From the NCBI RefSeq assembly GCF_000002075.1, contig NW_004797385.1, forward strand, positions 658,512 through 722,511: a stretch of 64,000 nucleotides of DNA. Reading direction: 5' to 3'. Shown here piece after piece: positions 37,501-46,500 of the stretch. The translations under genes and the position numbers were made by a program. Positions within the stretch are counted from its first letter, which is position 1. Each line of letters opens with the position of its first letter. Below the pieces are notes generated by a model. The model was not told the origin of the DNA. It did no database searches and saw nothing but the letters and a program-made list of their open reading frames with translations. This DNA comes from Aplysia californica (lineage: Eukaryota).

Positions 37501-40500
37501 TTTGTACATATTTGTATGCCCTGTGTTATTAGTAGTTTGTGGGTGCTCTGGCGTAGTTTAATATTTATATATTTCCTTTGAGATTTGCAGTTGATCTGAC
37601 CTGCTTCCTGGTGAAATTTGGTTTTTATCTCAAGGATTCAATGTAACTAAAGGTCTGTTACTTCCTGTGTCACTAAGTTTTGTGTTATAACTATCCTAGT
37701 GGTGAAGGGGACTCAAGTTTCCTCTTATATTCTATTGCTGTCATGGAATTCTGTTTTTGAATTTTGGATGCTGGCTGGCGTATCTGGTACTATTTTTCCT
37801 TGGCTTTTTGTCCTCTCTCTGTGATATTTTGTTGGCGGAGATTATTTTATGTTGATTTTGCAGCCCCCCTCACAAATGATTTTTAAAGTGAAATAGCCAA
37901 AAAGTCTGACCCACCCACCTTTCAACATCTCAAAACCTTTGGCCAAAGGACACGAGCCTTGCAACTGTTGGATTGACGAACTGCTTCACTGTGGTTTTTA
38001 AAAAAAAAGAGTAATATGTATGTTCATGAGAAGCACAATAGCCTAAAAAAGTCATAATGCTATGTGAACAGTTCATAGACTGAGAAATGGTGTCATGCTT
38101 GGCTGTGATGAGGATGACCCCACTGGGGTATTCTTGAGATTGTGTTGTTCGGGGAAGTTTCTTGACTTACCACCTACTTGGCCCAGTCACTTGGAAGATG
38201 GACATTAAATTTGGAGGTCGCACCTCTAAATTAACCCAACAGTCTTTAAAGAGGTTTTAAACTAAAGCCATCTCTGTAATATGTCTGTATACATTTTATC
38301 ACACTGACGTGACCTTAGAATAAACCTAGACCTACTGTTACTCTGTATTTCCTGTTAATAAATTGTTTTACTGCAATTTATTTACTTTCTGTTTCATTTT
38401 TTTTTTTCAACAGAAAGTGAAAGGCCTGTGTGTCGCACCCGTAAGTTCATTTCATTCTTTTTCTAATGATTTGCAGTCTTTATTGCAGTATTATGCCTTG
38501 CTTTGTTGCCAAATCCTTTTCTAATCGTAAAGGAACAAACTGTTTTTGTAGTCCTGATAATTAATTCTTAACTAAAGCTCTTTTAGATTGTGACAGTCTT
38601 TCAAAAAATCTTCTTGACTGCTCAGTGTAGGACTCCATCATACGTCACTTTTCAAAATGGTGTATGACAGTATCTAACACTAAGCAGTTGATCTGGGGGG
38701 TTTTTGTCTCTTGAAAATTTCACATGTTTATAGTCTGTTATTATTACGTGTATGTACATGACTCAAATCTTATCAACGTGGGTGGTTGGCGGGTGCTCTG
38801 GTGTGGTTTGCTTCTTCTTTCCTATCAAACATCTATCGTCCTTATCGCCCCTTTTTCTTTTTTCTTTTTGTTACTCTCTTGTAACACCTCTTATCTTCTG
38901 GCACTCATATGACCTTAAAATCACCGTAATAACTATAACTAAACTTCTCTTATCAACAGGAGTTTCAAGTTAAAAATGAGACTGGAATTTTTTCAGCAAA
39001 ATGCGAAAGAGCCTTCTTGTGCTTATAACTGTCTATTCCACTCTTCATTGCAAATATCTTTTTTTCAGCAAACAGCCCCGCGCAGTCGATACTTGTCAGC
39101 CGGAGAGCTGGAAGGCATGACAAAAGAGGCTGTGGAAGAATACCAGAAGCAGCACCCTGACCGCTTCTTGCCCCAGAGTGTGTTGTTGAACAAAGCCATG
39201 GCACAAGGGGTGGGTGTTTCATCTCTCGATGAGAAATAACAAAGAAGAGAAACAAGGGCCTTTAAGTGTTCTAGTAAGATAATAGATGTGCTAAAAATAC
39301 CTCTCTCAGATAGGTGAGCTTATATTGCTCTTATAAAAATGTTCTAAAGTGGCTGTCAAATAAATGTCCTTATGTTGCTCTTAAGTAAAGTAAAGTTGTT
39401 CCTGCTTCCGATCCGAACATTGGGGATTGCCTGCACCCTCTGCTCTTAAGTAGGTAGTGCCAAAATCTCAGATTGGATAGATGAGCTTCTGTGACTCTTA
39501 AAAGTAAATTTTGCTAAAATCACAGACTTTTATATTTATATCGCTCATATAGTTTTAAGCTGCTGATTTTATCGTTGTCAGATAAATATTACTAAAACCA
39601 CATGTATGTGAGCTTATAAAGCTCTAAATTAATTTTACTCAAAATACAGAAAGATCAGCTAATGTCGCTCTTTAATGAATGCATAGAAATTACTCTTAGG
39701 CTGCCTGGAAAAGTTGGAGTATGTCCAGTGGGATATGTTTTTCGTAATTTTTCAATGACTCACAAAAAAACAAGTTTTTTTACTCACTGTACAAATTAAA
39801 ATCAAACATTGATACAATTTGGGAGGGAGAGACAGCGATGATTTATGCATTTAATCAAATATTCTTCCTTTTTCGGTCACATGTAGTGATTGATGATTAT
39901 GGATATTTGCTTGAAGACAAAATTCAAGAGACCAGCGTCTGTGGTGTAACATTGGTTAGGCAGGTCACTAATGCATACAGAAGATATTAGTTCAAAGCTC
40001 ACGTTGGAAAGTTATTTTATTTCTTCTGTCTGCTGGGATGTTGCATTCCTCTCGCTCTATTGTGTCAATATGAGCATGAAATATTCCCAGCCATGATGTT
40101 TGTTACAGAATCTAGAGGAGTCAAAGCTGAAATTGCGGGAAATGCAGGCTTGTGGCTTCACCCTCAGCCTGATTCAGACCCTGAAGATTGTCTCGTGGTT
40201 CACACAGATGGGAGACGTAGAATATGCTACGCTTTACTTTAATGAACTGTGAGTGGAGATTCTGTCTTGGGGGGACCCAATGTCTTGTTACTTTTTTGCT
40301 GTAAAATGTTGTTTCCGTTATTGAAAAACATATTTTGGGAATATTGTTGATTTAATTCTATTATAAGTTCAATTGAAAGATTGGAATAACAGTCTTTCTG
40401 TCAATGGTAAAAATGTTTTTGAATTCTATTATTTAAAAGATTAGTTTTTTTTGTTTTCTTTTTTGTAACTGTGCTTTTCATTTAAAATTAATAATGATTG

Positions 40501-43500
40501 CTGCATATGTTACTCCTTCAAGCTGACTAGTATGTTCTTTTAGTTGAACTTGCTTATGAACTTCGTTGTCAGGAAAGTTGACTTGTGTCTTGAAAGTCAT
40601 GACACACCTTTGTATGACAAAATAATGATTCCCAAACTTACCAAACAGAATGTTTTGTTGATGACTTGACTGTGATAGGCTCCAGTCCTTAATGCTGTCT
40701 GATGTTTAGAGATTGTCAGATGCCAGAGGGTTTTTGGATGCTAAAGGATTGTCCGAAACTGTACTGTCTTCTTCTTTTTTCAGAAAAAATCTAACAGGGA
40801 CAAGTTACAGATGTACTATCCCACTGAACATAGCTGTTCTGCAACTGAAGAATGGAAATGTTCAGGGTAAACATATTTTGAACTACAATAATTTTTAAAC
40901 TTTTTTTTTATTTACTTATTTTTTCATGTTTTGCTCGTTTCTTTCTAAAACATTTTGGTTTTGCTTAACTTTTGAAGATGTGTATTGTTGGGAGAAAACA
41001 CAAGTGCAGCGCGCGATGTCAACATTCTCCTTCTCTGGCGCTTTTGGTTTTGGGTGAAAGTATGCTCCTAAGACATAAGTGGAATCATGTCAGATATATA
41101 ATATATATTTATGCCGTATTTATCATTGAGTCAGTTCAAGTTACATTCTCTTGTTTCACCCAATTGATAAGATGGACAGATTAATTAATCAAATGAAATA
41201 GCACTTTTTAAAATCCCATTAGGCTATTTGGGTTACAAAAGCAAGTGTAATTTGTAAATACAAAAATTCATCAAGGTCACATAATAAATATGGTCGCTTT
41301 TAACCACAAGGGGGCTATCCCGAAAAATGTTGTCTTGAGAAAATCAAAGTTAAAATATTTGGACCCTTATTCAGTTTCTTTAAAAGATAAGGAGAGTTTT
41401 CTCTATAGCCGAACAAATACATGTATATACACTGATGAAACCAAGCTTCCCTTTTATGTTGGGCAATGCCCACTTTTGGTGTTGGTCAACATTTCTGGAA
41501 ACCCACAAAATCTGGGTTAGTCTGCTTGTCCTTAAAAGCGACCATATATCACACTAATGCCGACAATTGGTGGGGTTTTTTGTTTTTTTTTTACCTCCCC
41601 CTTCGAAATGATCTTGTTTTCTGGGAACATTTCCTCCTTTATTTCAAATCTAAGTGAAAAAAAATTCAGTCTGTCTAGGCTTATACTTTTAAAAAATAAG
41701 ATGCTTCCTGTTGTGACCTCTCGTAGCAGGTTTGTCTTTTCTGGAAATGCTGATCACACTGTCTGATTTCTTTTTTTTTATCTAGCTCTGAGATTGTTTT
41801 GTTTTTATCTTCGTTGCCCAGGAGCTGTTGATATGATTCAAGAGGCAAATCAGAGCACATTCACCATGGACGAGAGGGGCGGGGTTCAGAGGAGGTCGGT
41901 CATCATGGCCATGTTCCAGAATGCTCCAAGTCTGAACGACGCCAGGACAGTTCATGAGGCTCTGCTTAAGGCTGGTGGTCTCGTTCCAGAGTCAGAGACT
42001 ATGCTGGTGCATACGCATTACGTCAAAAAAGTGTTGGAAGGGTAGGTGCCAATGGTAGTTTAGTGTTTAGGCTGATGGACCCAAAATCATTGGTTCAAAT
42101 TTCGGTCTAGGCCAGATGTTGTGCACGTGGTAAAGGTACTTAATACAAATTTTCCTCATTTTGCTCAGGTGAAAATTACCTGGCAAAAGACAGTGAAAGA
42201 CCTAGTCAGTTTGTTATGGTTCGATAGATGTGTAACATGGCAACTCGCTATAAATGCTTCACAAGAAGCTGAGAATGTTTTATAGGGTAATACAGCCTAG
42301 CAACACATAATGAACACGCACATATATAGAAAACAGATTTTCAGGTCCTGAAATTTTTCTTCAATATTTTTTACATTCAAAACATGTGCATTGCATGAAC
42401 AAGGTGCACATTGCAGTTCAGAAGCGTTTTAAAATTTGTATCTGTAACCAACTAGAATGTATGTTTCTGATCTGTGTCTATCTCCAGTGCTGGAGATGCT
42501 GAGCTGATGTCTCGTCTGGTGGATCTGCACAAAGACCACCATGTGTTCCCCTGTCTGGAGCAGGTCCTCACTCGACTTATCACCAACCAGGATGTGGAGA
42601 AACTCAAACTAGGTGAGTGCTCCAGTTGTGCTCGAGCACTGGCTCACACAGTTACACAAGATCTGAAAGTACCCTGTAGTGACCTTCAACCACCTACTCT
42701 AACGCCAACTTCTTCACCATAAAACAAAAATATACGATAACAACATTTTTTTTATTTTAAAGGCAAAAAGTTCCTTTGTTTTGTTATGGTATGTTTTTGT
42801 TTTATGGTGCAGAAGTTGGTGACAGAGCAGGTCGTTGAAGGTCAGTAGGCCTACTGGTAAGTCTACTTCTTTTTTTTCCTCTTCTGTTTCTTTCTGCCTG
42901 TCTTACTTTTTGTCCTCACACTAAATGGCCATTATTGATATTGTATGGATGTGCTTGTTGTTTTCAAACCTCAAGCTTCTGAAAGTACTCTGTCACTTTC
43001 TTTTTACAGAATATTTGTTAATTATATGTGTACCTCCTCCTCTTCAGCCATGGATCTGGGCATCAGTGTGCAGGGAAACAGCCTCTTACATCACCGCCTG
43101 GCTGCCAGTTTTGTACAGGCCGGGATGCCGTCCAAGGCCATCACAGTTCTACAGGTTCATCTTATGTTTTCTTTTTAAATCTGTTTCTTAACACATTACA
43201 CCCTAACTCGCCCGGGATCGCCTGGGAATTTCCTTACGCGCTCCACCCTAACTCGCGCTGACCTAGCGTCTTTAGAAACGAAGTCTCGCCTTAACGAGAC
43301 CCTGGGGCCAAGATTTTGATTTGCGTAGTCATTGCAAATTGTTTCTTCTTCCGTGTGATACCGAAATATTAGAGCCGATTGAAGTGCGATCACGTTTCCG
43401 ACTCTTCGAATGTGTCTCGACTTCTTGAAAAGCAACACAATTGAGTTTGAAAAAGGTTTTATAACGATGGATTTGAGCAAAAACAAGCATATGACAAATC

Positions 43501-46500
43501 AGAAGAATCAGATTTTGATGAAAACATTGCAGCAAGAGTTTGGGGCGATTCAGATTGACCAGATGTCGAATTTAGATCTAGGGCCCGACCGCGAGGCTGA
43601 GAGTGAGAGTGACGAGTTGGACACCCCGACTGAACTGAAGTTACAACATTTCCAACAATTTGCACATACATAAAGTTATATTTTTCTGGAACTACATTCA
43701 TTTTTCTTTTTAACTTATATTTTTTCAGGATTTTTGGAATTTGTTTAGTATTTTTAAATGTTTTTTAAATGCTTGTATTCATGGGAGGTGGGCTCCTTCC
43801 CCTTGCTTAGGATCTAGGAATGAACTTGGACTTTGCGTCCAGACTCTTAGGGTGAAATGTGCTAAGTTGTATTTTGAAGATGCATAAATGCAATATTTGA
43901 TGGTAACGCCATCATTTATTCAATAGTTTGCATTATCTTCTTTAAGATTTTCTTTCAAAGAATAATCTATTTCATGTCGATAAAGATATGTCTGTAGAAT
44001 TTTCAGTCTGCACAGCAGAAAGAAATAATGTTCAAACTCATTAGTATCTCAGTGTTACTCTGTCTTTTTTATTTTAAATATGTATATGTGGAAAGTAAAA
44101 TAAATTCCTTTTTAACTGATCATACAAATAGTAATGTGTGTAGATCAGCAGTACTCTTCGCATTACAAGTTACAATTTTGTGCGAAGATCTTCCTTAAGG
44201 ATTTACCTTTTTCTTTCCAGCTTTCAGAATTTCTTACATTTCATTAATTATTCATATTTTCCCTCAGACTCCTGGTTTGAGGATCAGTCAGAACCAGCTG
44301 TTGGCAAGTTGTCAGTATTTCATAAAGTTTAAGCAAGTAAGTATGGCAGTCATGTGGCCTTTAGTCTGGATTTGTCATCAGCTGTGGCTGGCTTTTCATT
44401 ACCTTTCATCAGTGACCACTGAGGAAAAGAAAACAATTTCTACAGCTGTTCTCAGAAAGATTACAAACTCTTAATCAGTTATCGGCTGCTTTGAGGGTTT
44501 GTTTCTTGTGCCGGTAGTGTAGTATTGTTTTAGTTGCTTAGACGGAGAAATATATTGATTTTGTAATCTTCAGTGCCGTTTGGATGTATGTACTCGATTA
44601 CGTGCTTCAAAATTGGTTCTCTGCCATTTTTTCACCGATCTATTGGGGAAGTTTTAGATGATGCAAAAATGGCTAGTGCCATTGTTTATTCTTGAGAGGG
44701 GGAAAGCTAGTGTTGTTTAAGTCTCTTGAATGAACGTTAATCCTATACAGATGTATTTGGAAATGCCTTAGCTTTGAAGTGGTTAAGAAAGGCAGTCATT
44801 TTTATTGTTTGGTGTATGGTGTGTTTTGTTATGAAACCCTTCATATACGATTTTGTTTTGCCCAATTTAAAAAAAAAATTTTTCTTTTAGATTCAGAACT
44901 TGGAGTCTTTGGTAGACATTGCTAAGCACTTTCCTGTAAGCCGAGCAATTATGCTGAAGCAGCTGATCATTGGTTATGGTGAGTGTGGCTGAGTGTAGTT
45001 CTGGTTGTAGGAGAGTGTGGAACTCACTGTCTGTAGGAAAGTGTTGATCTTATTTCAACCAGTCATGGAGAAGAAACGAGCATTTTTGTGTAGGCGTATC
45101 CCGCTTACCGCACTTTGGGTCAAGTTGTCATGTTGTCTACCACGCTGTCTTCCTATTTGTGCTTCGTTAACTTTGTCAGTGTTATGTAGGCCAGTACTGT
45201 GCGCTATTCATTGTCTCATCCTGGTCCTTAGAGCACAAAGCACTGTATACCCTAGGAGTCTTAATGTGTTGCAAGTGCCGTAAAACTCTCACTAGAACTA
45301 AATTTTTTTAATACCCTAGGAGGGAAAGTAAAAGGGCATTACTTTCACTGCTCATGAAATGGCTTTGAGAGTTCCTTTTCTCAATGTTAAGATTGATACA
45401 CATACAGTGGAACTCGGATTCAATGAGCTCGGATTCAACGAGATGAGAGAGATTCCCCGGTTTTTTTTCTTCTTTAAAATCAATGAAAATAACCCAGATT
45501 CAACGAGCACTTAAATCAGCGAACTCGGATTCAACGAGGTCGCTTCCAGGGTGAACAGCCCCCGCAGGCGTTGCTTCGCTCATTTTTCTCCCTGAACGAA
45601 CTTTATCTATTCCAGGGAAACCATCCATTGCAACTGCATCGTGAACCATTATTCACTTAGCCGATTGCATGCAACCAATCAGCGGCCTTTTTTCATACCA
45701 ATACATGCGTGTGTCGGAGACGGATGGGCGGCCTGCACACGTGTGACTGTGTGTGTGTCGGGGAGGGGGGGGGGGGCAATTATCTACACAAAACCTTGTG
45801 TTTGCTATAACGAACACTCGGATTCAACGAGATTTTAGGTCGGGCCCAGCGACCTCGTTGAATCCGAGTTCCACTGTACATGCATGTTCACTGTTCTTTG
45901 TTAACTCACTGAAGATGTGCTTTCTGCATGGTTACTTTAAAAGACGAGGAATAACTTCCATATATGCATACAGATATTTCAGTTCTTTTTCCTTTATCTG
46001 AAACTTTAAAAGGCTGGCAATGATATGCCTGCTATCAAAAATTCAAACTCGTGTTTCTGATTTGTGTATAAAGGTTGGAAATGTGCAACAATGTTTGTCT
46101 TTGGTTTGCTGCTGATTGGACGTATATGTCCGCTATATCGACAAAGAGTTAACTGTAACTGCTATCTACATTTTTTTCTGCTTTGAGAGGAAAGAGAGTA
46201 AAGAAGTAAAGAACTCGGAAGACAACTTCTGTAACTGAATTTTATTTTTCAGCCTTTTACTGCAGTCTGATACATGTAAACGTGTATTTGATGTCTGCTT
46301 CCGGTTTCATTAAGTTGAACATTGTACTTTAAAATAGTGGTGATCGTTGTGGTGTCTTTTCACAGTTGCTGCAGACGACATGACCAAAGCACTGGATGTC
46401 CTTCAGACGTTCAATGAAGAATTCATCACACCCCACAAAGCTACATTGAGTCTTCTAGTCAATGCTTTGAAGACAAGAAATATGGATATACCAGACACAC

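Noticed and set aside
43410-43673. Independent small acidic protein gene
   Set aside because: Lies within a decayed TIR element, starts at a non-ATG codon and has no supporting splice structure
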